Shown here piece by piece: positions 12,943-25,309 of a DNA stretch of 64,000 nucleotides. Position 1 is the stretch's first letter; the number at the start of each line of letters is the position of its first letter. The DNA is taken from positions 13,454,001 through 13,518,000 of the forward strand of contig OZ024743.1 of the NCBI GenBank assembly GCA_964016885.1, read 5' to 3'. A program made the translations under genes and the position numbers. The notes under the pieces were generated by a model, which saw only the letters and a program-made list of their open reading frames with translations, did no database searches and was not told the DNA's origin. This stretch comes from Eledone cirrhosa (Eukaryota).

Positions 12943-13920
12943 CGCTAATTATGTGCTGGTTTGAATCAAGAATGTTGCTATTAATTTTTGCAATATTTTG
13001 AGAAATATTCATAGTTGTTGAGTAAGAAAGTTTAACTGTGTGTCTATTGAAGATAGGCTTTAAAAAATAAATGTGCTAAAGGTGTTTTAATAGCTAAAGA
13101 TGTTGTTGGGGCACACCAAATAATTTTTTCCTCGATTTATTTTCCAAATTGTTATTTTTATTTGTATTTGTAATTTTATTTTTAATATTATTATTGTAAT
13201 ATGAAAACATTCAGGACCGCCACAGCTGAGCTCTGGCTGTTTCAACAGCTAGATCCGACCAACAGCCTGTTCGGATCTAGTTTCTCAAATGGATCGCTTC
13301 AGTTCAAAACGCTACGATAGTTTGGTGCCTGTGATGAGAAAGGAAGAGGGGTGGAGCGAGAGGCTGGTGGATTGGCAGTATCGGTAGAGGGTCTGACGCC
13401 ATGCTTTCCAGCATAGTTACGTCCCTTTACGATCTGAGTTCAAATCCCGCCGAGGTTGACTTTGCCTGTCATCCTTACGGGGTCGATAAAATAAAAGTAC
13501 CAGTAATGCACTGGGTAATTGCTGGCCTTGTGCCTAAAGTAGAAACAATTATTATTATTATGAATATTGTGTTTATAATTACTATTATTTTTATCTACAT
13601 ATTCAATATTATTTTTATATCCTGCTTAATGTAACGCTTCATTATGGTATTCAGCATTAGAATTTAAAATTGATTTGTTAGCAGATAATCTAGTTATACG
13701 TTGTTGAACACTATTGACTCTTGCATTTTTAACACTTTTAGGATGATTAGAATAACATAATAACATAATTTAGGTTTTTATTGGGTTTATGGAAGGAGTA
13801 ATATAGGCCTGAGTTTAAATTAAGGGTTACGTCTAAGAAGTTAACTATTTTATTATTTTTTACTTCTAATTTCAGGTCGTAGTTTTTAAAGAATTCTACA
13901 ATTAGTTTCTTTACTCTATT
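12940..13920 (-). mobile_element. Decayed Penelope-like element (RT thumb/linker), interrupted by a SINE
   Basis: Manual minus-strand translation gives IVNFLDVTLNLNSGLYYSFHKPN..SNHP..RITRLSAN (13630-13900) and KIIWCAP..IFNRHTVKLSYSTTMNI (12960-13140). These parallel the Penelope fragment at 25.3-26.3 kb. Confidence 0.75.
13362..13560 (+). mobile_element. tRNA-derived SINE with Nin-like central domain
   Basis: A-box-like tggcagtatcgg, B-box gagttcaaatccc, core ctttgcc..catccttacggggtcgataaaataa(a)agtaccag, and (ATT)n tail. Multicopy in this window. Confidence 0.85.
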
Positions 13921-13957
13921 TAATTCGCTATTATTATGTTTAACTACAGTAAATAAT

Positions 13958-14144
13958 TTTTTCTACTTTTGGCACAAGGCCAGCAATTACCCACTGTATT
14001 ACTGGTACTTTATTTTATCGACCCCATAAGGATGAAAGGCAAAGTTAACCTCGGCGGGATTTGAACTCAGAATGGAAAGGGCCGTAAGTCTTTGCGTCAA
14101 AGCATGGCGTCCGATCCTTTACCGATAATACCAATCCACCGCCC
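13958..14144 (-). mobile_element. tRNA/Nin-like SINE with 17-bp target site duplication
   Basis: Same family. TSD taactacagtaaataat at 13941-13957 and 14145-14161. Confidence 0.9.
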
Positions 14145-14314
14145 TAACTACAGTAAATAATGTAACTTGATACTTATATCTCGCTCCACATCCCTCTCTT
14201 CATCATATTTAGTTTGTCATGTCATTCCTTCTTGTGGTATATAAACATAGAGTTTTGTTGTAATAAATCACTGCCAAGACTGAAATTAAACCATCAAGAC
14301 AGTTGAGGTACGTA

Positions 14315-14376
14315 TTTTATCTGATGAGGACGTACTGAAAAAACAGCACAGTACCTCCGAAATATATATAATAAAA
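14315..14376 (+). ncRNA. Type I hammerhead ribozyme motif
   Basis: ttttat-CTGATGA-GGAcGTACTG(loop)CAGTACcTCC-GAAA-TATATA-TA^ataaaa. Complete core, 6-bp stem I, 9-bp stem II, palindromic stem III. Confidence 0.8.
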
Positions 14377-14515
14377 CATTTATTTTGATTATGTGAACGT
14401 CTTCATTTATTAATATTTTGAATAATATTAACTCCAGAACACCTTTCTGTTGAGTGTTTTGAATCAATTGTAAAACTATATTCATTGAGTAATCAATGAA
14501 CCTTATAAACATTGG

Positions 14516-14517
<2 letters not shown>

Positions 14518-14604
<87 letters not shown>

Positions 14605-14655
14605 ATATATATACATATATATATATATATTATATATATATATATATATACATAT
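14518..14655. repeat. (TA)n microsatellite (representative; similar tracts near 15.5, 15.9, 16.5, 16.9, 20.5, 21.05, 21.7, 27.1, 29.6-30.1, 37.5, 38.0, 41.4, 42.4, 50.8, 51.1, 57.9 and 63.8 kb)
   Basis: Direct reading. These tracts generate the spurious YIYIYI ORFs. Confidence 0.95.
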
Positions 14656-14972
14656 ATTGTCAAAGTGACACCCGGATGTAACACATGCGCAAACTAAGCA
14701 CACAACACACACAAAAACAAGATGGCGTAGGACAGAACAAAGGAGAGGCACAAAACAAAGAAAAGAATCCCCAGTCACTGAAGAGGTTACATAATGTGTG
14801 ACGAAAGAACTTTGACAATATATGAACAACCGTCAGGTTATGGAACCAACTAACCAACCAACCGGAAATTTATAAATTAATTCTTAAATTTATAATAAAC
14901 TGGAGTGAAAGCAACTGGTAGGTGTGTTTCTTATTGGCAACATGACCCTCCCAAAGCATAACAATATATATA
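14651..14972 (+). mobile_element. Solo Penelope pseudo-LTR-like element with a hammerhead at 14774-14816
   Basis: Shares aagatggcgtag, cactgaNga...cgaaaga and the terminal atgaccctccc.aag.ataacaata with 23880-24179. Hammerhead reads gtca-CTGAAGA-gGTTACA taatg TGTGAC-GAAA-gaac-TT^tgac. Flanked by TA repeats. Confidence 0.7.
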
Positions 14973-15544
14973 TCCAAAATTAAATTAAGGTTGTCATGTC
15001 TGAGAGACATGCGACATATTCACTGCAGAATAAGCTCAAAGATTCCAATTATCCGAGCATTTTATATCAACTAGAATTAGATTTTCACATATATATATAA
15101 AATAAACACATGAAACAATCTAGCTGTCCATAATCCTATTCACGCCACTGGGATGACGCGGTGCGATGTCTGTATTTTTTATGAAATGCAATACGTGGTT
15201 CGAGTCATTCATATATTTGCTTTTGTTTTGTAAACGCAGATGGTTAGATGTTCTCTTTTGGTGACCATCCGGATTTGACAACTGTGATTTACTGGTTATT
15301 TGGTGAAATATATTTTTTATTTACAGAAATATATACAAAGGAGATTAATCATTTTAAAAGGCATCTATATTTGAGGTTCTAGTTAAACTTTAATTGGTTA
15401 CCTACCTAGCCTAGCTATGTGTGCTTACACACTTTACAAATTATTCCCTGAGATTGTTTCATGTTTATTTTATATATATATATGTGTCAATCTATTTCTA
15501 GTTGATATATATATATATATATATATATTATATACATATATATA

Positions 15545-15585
<41 letters not shown>

Positions 15586-15903
15586 GGTGTAATTAGATTT
15601 AAGCCCCCCACGCCGTGTGTACCTATCAAGGTAAGATCTGGGGTAAGGTAGCCTAGTAACGAATTGGGAATTTTTATGATCATAAATAAGAAGTGGAGCT
15701 ACTTTTTTATACTGGGATTTCTATATATGGATGTTGTTTAATGCATTTAAATGGCAAAGTAGAAGCATAATTTCATTTATATCAATACACGCACACACAC
15801 ACACATATATATATATGGTATAACTGGAAGTCTTAGCTGCCGGACAACAAGTACTATTCAATTTGTTTGAGGCAATCACAAAGCAGCTAAAAGTTAAAAA
15901 ACA

Positions 15904-16350
<447 letters not shown>

Positions 16351-16555
16351 CAGTAGTTACCGATGATGTTGATCTTTTCTTCTTTTCGGGATATAGCTAG
16401 TGTCGCTCAGAGAGTGGAATTGGCTCAGTGCACAGTCTTTCCTCACTTTAAAAAATATCTTCACGCACAGGCATTTCACGATAGAATTAATTAATAATGG
16501 TATATCGTGCAATGGCAATACTCGATAACGAGGGGCAGCCATCATATATATATAT

Positions 16556-16607
<52 letters not shown>

Positions 16608-16890
16608 GTATTTATATATATACATACACACACACACACACGCACATATATATATATACTTAAATAATAGATACATACAGAAATACCTACCGTCGTCAGG
16701 AGATTGTAACATTGGATGAAGCAAAATAACAACACTAGTATGTATACTCTGCTCAGTATATTTTTCTTATATATATACCGATATATTGCGTTTTTGTCTC
16801 CGCTACTCTATAACTTTCGTTAAATTTCGCATTAAATTTTACACGTAATTTACTCGTCTCCCTCTCTTTCTATCTCCCTCCTTTTCCTTA

Positions 16891-16954
<64 letters not shown>

Positions 16955-17089
16955 TCCAGAATTAGCCGTCGAAACGGCTTGAGCTCAGCTGTCGGGGTCT
17001 TACTGGTTCCTATTACCCACTCTACTACCTCAAGTATTGAGTACTTTGGTGCGTTATGGTCCACCTGGTTCCTTACCACATTTCCTTCG

Positions 17090-17139
<50 letters not shown>

Positions 17140-17771
17140 CTGTGTGTGTGTATTCCTATATTATTTCATCGCTTTCTTTGAAGCAGCACTGTAAGATTTC
17201 TAGAAGATAGGCAATTACGTAGTTACTCAGAAGTTGGCTTAGTAAATGTTGTGTATTATAAACATACAGTTAAATTGATTCAGTTGAAAATTGAAGGGAC
17301 GATACATACCTTTATCTCTCTCGCTGATACTCCTCTGATTGTTGTTAACAAAGGAATGTTACAAAGCAAAACAAACAGCAAGCGTGTAATAAAAGAGGAA
17401 GGAATTTTATATTTTCAACCCCGACCCTCACAACCTTTATGTTTTGAGATAACAAATGCTCCTAAGAACAAATAAAATCTGAATGAAGAAAACATGTTGA
17501 TAAATGAATAAATTAAACAGAAATCGTCTTTCCGTACAGTTTTGTTTCCATACATTTATGATTCTTTTTAGGACGACTTATATTTTGAAGTATGTGAATC
17601 GGTACAGCTGGTCCCATTGAGAATAATTGAGGATAATGAAGGTGATGATGATTGTAATGACAATGGTGAAATGTGAAATAATTTTAATGTTGATAAATTA
17701 GGGATGATGATGACGGAGGATAAATTATATACCTCACATGGTCATTATTTTCGAAATCTATATGATTTATT

Positions 17772-18990
17772 CACACAGTTGGGTCCTGCCTTCTCGTTGT
17801 GAGGGAGCTTGTGTATTCAATATATCCAAGAGAGTGTTGCCGTTTGGAGCTTTGCTTCTGACAAGGCCACCTAGGCGGGGAACTCTCCCGGGGAGGTTCC
17901 AGACCAACGGTCTGCTGAGGTCCAACAACCCGACCAGAATAACCATCAACCTGCTACGAAATCGACCAGTGTAAACTCGACTTCCCAACATCCGAATGGA
18001 CCACCAACGAGAAATTGATGTTGACACATAGAATGTTCTGTCAATCCTTCGCCCGGGAGCAGCTTATTCTGCTGTATCGAGGGCTACCCCATTTCAACAT
18101 GACACTGGCAGTACTCTGCGACACACGCTAACTTGGCAGCTGCAAATTCATCACGAGAGAGAGACTACTGCCTCATCTGAAGGGGCCCAGAAGACTGGAT
18201 AGGCTTCTGCTCATGCCTAAGCACGTCTAGAAGTCGCTAGTTAGCTGGAACTCGGTGAGCGACAGTTTGTTGTCCGACCATTTTCTCTACCGTTAACATG
18301 ATTATGTGTTTGCCTATATTGCTACTGACGGTGCAGAGAGCACTGTCAAGGACGTCTACTACGACCAGCTCCAACAGATTTTAAGGCAATCCCACCGATT
18401 CACACCACCATCATCTTGATGGACGTCAATTTTACTATCGATTCTTCTGCCAAGTTCCCTCCAACCGACCCACTGTTGTCTGGCGCATTGAGACAATCTT
18501 CGCTGACACATCGAATAACGACAAGGGTAATTGCCTGCTGCTCCTGTCGCCGTTATCCCAACATCATCTCTACATTTGAGTGCTTCAACGCCCATCAATT
18601 CAATGCCCTGGCAAATGGAAGATTTGTAAACCCAGCATTAACCAGTCTGCAGGTGGCGTGCTGGTAAACTCAAGGCCTCTTTCCAAACGTCCCTGTATTT
18701 CCCTGTAGGCGCTGGAGATAATTAACCATCGCTTCAAACTCGCTTGTACGTCTATATGAGTGAGTGACGCCGGCTCAACCGTATACGCCACAAGGCCATC
18801 ACGGATGACTGGGAGAGGTTTTGGGCGGAAGTAGCCGAGTGCCTCGACGTAACAGCGAAGCACGACCTCAGCCAGGTGTTCAACACACTTCGCACAGCCC
18901 GTGAAGTTCTCCAGATAAAGACAGCTTTGTGGAAGGGCACCAATGGAAACGTCATCACCAACTATGTAGCGGAAACATGGGCCCTCACAA
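17772..18990 (+). mobile_element. Decayed RTE-like LINE 5' part (5' UTR + APE endonuclease)
   Basis: 5' UTR resembles RTE/Expander leaders. Degenerate endonuclease motifs: T*NVLSIL (WNV-like), YYDQLQQIL, ILMDVN (GDFN-like). Confidence 0.6.
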
Positions 18991-20535
18991 AGACCCTAAC
19001 AAAGTTCTTCAATATTCTATCTTAATTCAGTTATATATTACCTTTTTTCTATATATCATAGATAAATATTACAACTCCCAAATTTCCCTGATCATTCCCA
19101 CCCGATGTTTTGTTATACTCTCTAATACTGGCAGTATGTTAAGCAGATATTATTAAGAAATCAATTGTGTAGAACAGTTGTTACCATTCTAATGATGTCA
19201 CGCTTATCAAAAATTGTCCACATCACCCATCATATCATATGCTACTATGACATCGAAATTCAATACCTTACTTTTGTTTTATATGTGGGTTAGCAGGATC
19301 AGAAAATTAAAAACACTTAAATGTTTTGTCATTTATTGTTAGTAAAACGGCATCTGGCATATACCATCCTGCTAGAAATATAGATTTAATTCCTCGTTTC
19401 TGATATATATCAGCACATTTACTACTTAGAGTGCAATTGCATTAAAAAAGAAAAGGGAGAGAAGAAACTAAAGTGAAACATATTTCTTACTTTTATCTTT
19501 ACAACATGATAATGCTGACTTATTAATTTACCGATAATACTACTGTTGTCTTCATAAAATCTAAACATGGAGTCTAGATAAAATTATTTAGAAGTATAAT
19601 CGCATGTCATTTCACACATAAAGTACACAATCCTGTTCAATATTGCTGTTGTTCTTTTTTCACAATGATATATATTTTCACAGGTTAATATCGTTGAAAA
19701 ATAATTTTATTTATTTAGCATGTGACATGCACAAACATGATAAAACTATTCGTTTCCTTTCAACGTGATGGCATCAATCAGGGTAGTAAAATTACTCTGC
19801 TCCTAACATGTGCCCTGCATAGACTGCTTCACATTTCCATTGCTACTTACTGAAATATACATTATGCAATGAGTTTCGTTTAGTTTCGTCTTGTTTAGTA
19901 CCACCCAGCTCGCACACCATTTGTGGAACCTTAAAAATAACGACGCACTTTTTTCCATTAAATATAATATATCAGAAAAATCAACCCCCTATGTTAATGG
20001 GACGTAATTTTTCCGGCTATATGACTCGAAGGAGTGGAATATACTCTCACAACTGACCTCAGTTAAACTCTGCTTAAATACCCACTGTCCACACGAAGCG
20101 AACTTCATTCAGGGAAAATGGTATAGACCAGACAAACTAATTTTGATTTCAAAGAATTTAATTTGAATCACTAACTTTGTACAAGTTCCTTACCTCATGG
20201 TTTTTTTTTGGATACGATACCTTCCTTTACACTATCAGCATATTTTATTTCTTTATACCTAAATTCGAAATTACGTACCCTTTAAGAACTCTCGCTGGTT
20301 TTCTAAATCAACCTGTGGAAGTAGCCATTTTTTATATTACAGGCTGAGTAAGTTAGGGGCTATAACCCAACAAAACATAAGTTCCTGTATATGTCACTGT
20401 TGTAATTAATTATACTTAAATCGTCCTATGGACTGAGTGCTCTTACCGTTGGACATTTTTTAACAATCTTACACTACAGTATATATATATATATTAGTGA
20501 AAATATAGGATTTACTGCAAGCTCAGTGACTTCAG

Positions 20536-20621
<86 letters not shown>

Positions 20622-20626
<5 letters not shown>

Positions 20627-20635
20627 TTTAAATTG

Positions 20636-20701
<66 letters not shown>

Positions 20702-20995
20702 CAATTTAAATAATTTTGAAAACCAAACAATGCATTAGAAAGAAAATTAAATCACTAAGATAACAAGCTAATCTTATCTTAGCGAATTTATCAAAGGACT
20801 ATCCGCAGGAGAAACTTAGAGGATCTATTGGAGTCGACTAGTTTCGAAGGCAAATTTAAGTTAACTTAAATACTCTCTAGATAATTGGTTTCATTAAATT
20901 TGGGATCATTAAATTTGGAAAGGTAAGATGCTTTTGTTATCTTAGCGATTTCATTTTCTTTCTAATACATTGTTTCGTTTTCAAAAATATTTCAA
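20622..20995. repeat. Nested inverted repeats between (TA)n tracts
   Basis: 20622-20645 mirrors 20692-20715 across a (TA)n tract. About 20712-20790 mirrors about 20930-20992. Confidence 0.75.
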
Positions 20996-21039
20996 TTTGT
21001 GTTTCTTTCCTATTCAACAATGCTTCAAGCAAGCTACAA

Positions 21040-21111
<72 letters not shown>

Positions 21112-21117
21112 TAGAAA

Positions 21118-21168
21118 AGCTTCTACAGGACTAGAACTGTTTCATTCGTGAGAAATCATCAGGAAGCT
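21118..21168 (-). ncRNA. Type I hammerhead ribozyme motif (family A)
   Basis: Reverse complement: agcttc-CTGATGA-tTTC tcac GAAt-GAAA-CAG ttctagtc CTG-TA^gaagct. Confidence 0.8.
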
Positions 21169-21702
21169 GACTCTACAAGTAAATATGGTGGTATTTAAAT
21201 CTTTTCTGGTGGTAGGAGAGGGTGGGGATTGGGATGGGTGGAGGTCATTGGTTGATGGATTTAAAGAAAAGGGAGTTCATTAAAAGCTAATTCTTCAAAT
21301 CTATAATTTATATTAACAAAGGCAGAAAGAAACTGTAAACAGGTGAAAATTTGAATACCATTCCTTGTTTATCTCTTAAACTGACAATGCCTGTCAGTCA
21401 GGTGTCTACAGGATGGGTGAGTTTCATTGGTTTAAAGTAAAGGGAAATTCTTTAGAAGCTAATTTTTTAAGGCTGAAATAAGGGTGAAAAAGGCAGAAAG
21501 GGTTCTATAAACAGGTTCAAGTGTAGGAGTGCCTCCCCTTATTGGGAAGTTTCTCTTAATTTATATTCCAGGTGTCAACAAGCACATTCACACATGCGCA
21601 CACTTACACACGTACACACACACGCACATACAGGCAGGCAGCTACACAACAAAGATACATATAAATACATACACATATACATATATATATATATGCATAT
21701 AT

Positions 21703-21770
<68 letters not shown>

Positions 21771-21780
21771 GTATGTGTAT

Positions 21781-21877
<97 letters not shown>

Positions 21878-22161
21878 CATATACACATACACATACACAT
21901 ACACACATACATAGACTTACATACACACACCACACACATATATATATATAAATATAAATATATTGTTATACTTGGGGAGGGTCATATTTGTGTAATATTG
22001 CCAGAATTTATAACAGAACACACTCACTGTTTGGTTGGTTTTCGCTTCTCGCTTCTGTGTTTTTTATATCGGTAATCTAATATACTCGGTCCTCAATGTT
22101 GTCATTGACTGACCGGCGGTCAAAAATAATACAGATACAATATAGACACAAACACATATAT

Positions 22162-22215
22162 ATAGTTTATCATAAATCTTTCGTTGCACATCTGCAACAT
22201 CGTCAGTGGTGCTAT
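22162..22215 (-). ncRNA. Hammerhead ribozyme motif in the Penelope left arm
   Basis: Reverse-complement copy of 23922-23975. Confidence 0.7.
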
Positions 22216-23921
22216 ATTTTCCTCCTGTTGTATTGTATGTCTACGCCATTTTTATTCAGTCTGTCTATATATTTATTTATTTATTTGCTTGTTTGTTTAT
22301 TTTATTTTGTCTTCTTTGCGCATGCGTTTGCGTGTGTGTATAGTGTTTTGTTTGCTGTGTGATGGGTGACTAGTGTGTGTTTATGTGCTTGTTGTTATTG
22401 TGCTTGTGTATGTATTTATTTATTCATTTATTTATTTTATTTTATTTACTTATTTATACTTCTCTTAGGTCAGTGTTGTTTGTTTGAGTGTTGTTGTTAT
22501 TCCATTCATTCTTTCTGTTTAGCCTTGGTCTTCTAATTTCTATTTCACTGGCCTCTCTGATTTGCCTATCTGCTGGGTCATTTCTATGTTTAGATATTAT
22601 TCTAATTTCTATGTAGTCTGTGTTACCGACATGTTGTTGTCTAGCATGTTCGTACAGTACTGACCCGTTTTTTCGTCCTTTTAGTTTCCCCCAGTGTTGG
22701 TCTATCCTTTCACCTATGCTACGAGCTGTCTCACCTATGTATGTTGTTGTCATGTTTCTGCAAGTACCCTTTGTACATCTTATGCTATAGACTGCGTTTC
22801 TAGTTTTACAGTTTATCCGGGGGTTCACCTTACATATGATACATTTCCTATTGGTACAGTGAGTTTTCTTAAAAGGGTAGGTTTTGCTGATCAGGGATTT
22901 TATGGTGGTTCCTGGCTTTTCTACCACCTTTATTTTTAAGTGGGTCTGTCTCAGGGCCTTTCTACACTGGTTAGCTAATTTCCCTCCAGGGGTAGCGTCC
23001 ACAAACATGACACTCTGGTATCTCTGGTGCTCGTACCATGAGGTGGCTTTCCCTATCTTATGTCTAGCCCTATCTAAGCTATTCCATGATTTGCTCCTGT
23101 ATAATGTTCAAATTCCTTTCATGTCCAGTTCTATGAGGGTCTTATACTTCTCCATGGCTCCTTCGTATACTCTGATTCTGTCTCTTTGGTTGTAGCCAGA
23201 GAACTGCATGCGGTTGATGAAGTGTTGGATGTGTCTTTCCATTTCTGTTGGGTCGCACATGCGGGACACATTCTTCATCACTCGTACCAAATCTGCGATC
23301 AGAATATTAAACTTAGCACTACTGGTCATTACTGAGTTTTTGAGTATCAGGTATTTGGAGGCCATGGGTTTAGCATAATGTGAGTGCAGAAACATGACAA
23401 CAACATACATAGGTGAGACAGCTCGTAGCATAGGTGAAAGGATAGACCAACACTGGGGGGAACTAAAAGAACGAAAACACGGGTCACTACTATACGAACA
23501 TGCTAGACAACAACATGACGGTAACATAGACAACATAGAAATTAGAATAATATCTAAACATAGAAATGACCCAGCAGATAGGCAAATCAGAGAGGCCAGT
23601 GAAATAGAAATTAGAAGACCAAGGCTAAACAGAAATAATGAATGGAATAACAACAACACCCAAACAAACAACACTGACCTAAGAGAAGTATAAATAAGTA
23701 AATAAAATAAAATAAATAAATAAATAAATAAATACATACACAAGCACAATAACAGCATGCACATAAACACACACTAGTCACCCATCACACAGCAAACAAA
23801 ACACTATACACACACGCAAACGCATGCGCAAAGAAGACAAAATAAAATAAACAAATAAATAAATATATAAACAGACTTAAATAAAGATGGCGTAGAAAAT
23901 ACTATGTAACGGGAGGAAACA

Positions 23922-23975
23922 ATAGCACCACTGACGATGTTGCAGATGTGCAACGAAAGATTTATGATAAACTAT
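23922..23975 (+). ncRNA. Hammerhead ribozyme motif in the Penelope right arm
   Basis: CTGACGA-t-GTTGCA gatg TGCAAC-GAAA-gatt-TA^tgata. Core intact, stem I imperfect. Confidence 0.7.
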
Positions 23976-24344
23976 ATATATGTGTTTGTGTCTATATTGT
24001 ATCTGTATTATTCTTGACAGCCGGTCAGTCAATGGCAACATTGAGGACCGAGTATATTAGATTACCGATATAAAAGACACAGAAGCGAGAAGCGAAAACC
24101 AACCAAGCAGTGAGTGTGTTCTGTTATTAATTCTGGCAATATTACACAAATATGACCCTCCCCAAGTATAACAATATTTGTTTCGACACACGATTTCATA
24201 TAAAAAACCTCGCAAAACTATTATATATATATATATATACATATATATACATATACACATACACGTACATACATACATATACATATACATACGAACAGAT
24301 ATACGTATACACAAATATAAACATACACACACAAATATATATAT

Positions 24345-25100
24345 ATTCCTTTTGAGTTTCCAGACATAGGAGGCGAGTGTTGTCTGATTTGATTGTTTCC
24401 GGTCTACTGAAAAAGTGGGTATGGGCATACCACCGGGTCTTAACATTATTGGATGTCATGCCGATGTAAGTCATTTTGTTATTGCCGTCATCGGTGCCTG
24501 AGATGATATCACATTTATATACGATGTCATTTGTCGGGCGTTTGTTTTCAAGTGGGCAGGCTTCCTTATTCAGGCAGTTGCACAAGGCTCAGGTCCGGAG
24601 ATTGGGTTCGGAGGTAGTAGGGTTATTTCATTTTTTAGAATTGAGATTGGCTATATTCCTAGCTAGGTTAGGTGTAGTGGAGTAGGAGAGTCTTATTTTG
24701 TTCTATTGAAGATGGTGTAGTACCTATGTTGTATGCGCAAGTGTGCGTTTAGCAAAATGAATAAAGTCCTAGCTATATGTGTAGAGACCTTTCTATTGAA
24801 GGGGAGGGCGGTTGTACCAACTAATCTGCCTCTGCCTATTCCTCCTAGGTAGTCTTGGGAGGTTTTCAGGTAAGTGATCTTTTCTTTAAATCCGCTGCGA
24901 GCGAGGGCGTTATTGTAGTAGGATGCAGAGGCGTTAAATATATCTTCATTGGCCGAGAGGCTGGAAATTCTAATTGAGATGCTTTTTCCTAAGTTATCTG
25001 TGATGTTTTTTGGCTGGCTAGAATTAACATTAATATATCTAAGGGACTCGTTAGGTTTGTGGTACGGGTAATAGAGGGGAGTATCTAGGTCGAGAGTGAT
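24345..25100 (-). mobile_element. Penelope-like fragment (RT thumb + GIY-YIG), decayed
   Basis: CNCLNKEACPLENK..DIVYKC..YIGMTSN (ORF 24196-24585) and TTLASYVWKLK (ORF 24057-24446). Upstream ITLDLDTPLYYPYHKPNESLRYIN by manual translation. Confidence 0.8.
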
Positions 25101-25309
25101 ATATTATATATATATAGTAATAATAATAAATGTGAAGACTAAAATCCAAAGATAAAGATAAATATATATCAAATATATAAGAACTCTAGTGCAAATTTAT
25201 TAAAATAACGACTCTATTTGGATAAAAAAAATCTAATAGTACCCCATTCGACGTGAGAATTGGCGCCAGCCATTCGGCGGAGCTTACAGATTTTATATCC
25301 TTTTCCTTC

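Larger units (their letters stand above)
21958..24179 (-). mobile_element. 5'-truncated Penelope-like element with an inverted about 800-bp terminal repeat
   Basis: Arms 21958-22762 and 23385-24179 are reverse complements. Minus ORFs encode the RT thumb (KPMAS..ILIADLVRVM) and GIY-YIG (NAVYSIRC..YIGETARSIGERIDQH..REASEI..PRLN). Confidence 0.9.

Noticed and set aside
13362-13460. tRNA gene
   Set aside because: A and B boxes are present but there is no full cloverleaf. It continues into a SINE body and tail and is multicopy.
12940-13940. Possible mitochondrial insertion (AT-rich, T/G-skewed)
   Set aside because: Minus-strand translation gives Penelope RT-thumb motifs (NFLDVTL, KPN, SNHP) instead.
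23108-23770. 220-aa hydrophobic minus-strand ORF as a membrane protein
   Set aside because: It is a chimera of the antisense GIY-YIG arm and the Penelope RT thumb, created by the inversion junction at about 23385.
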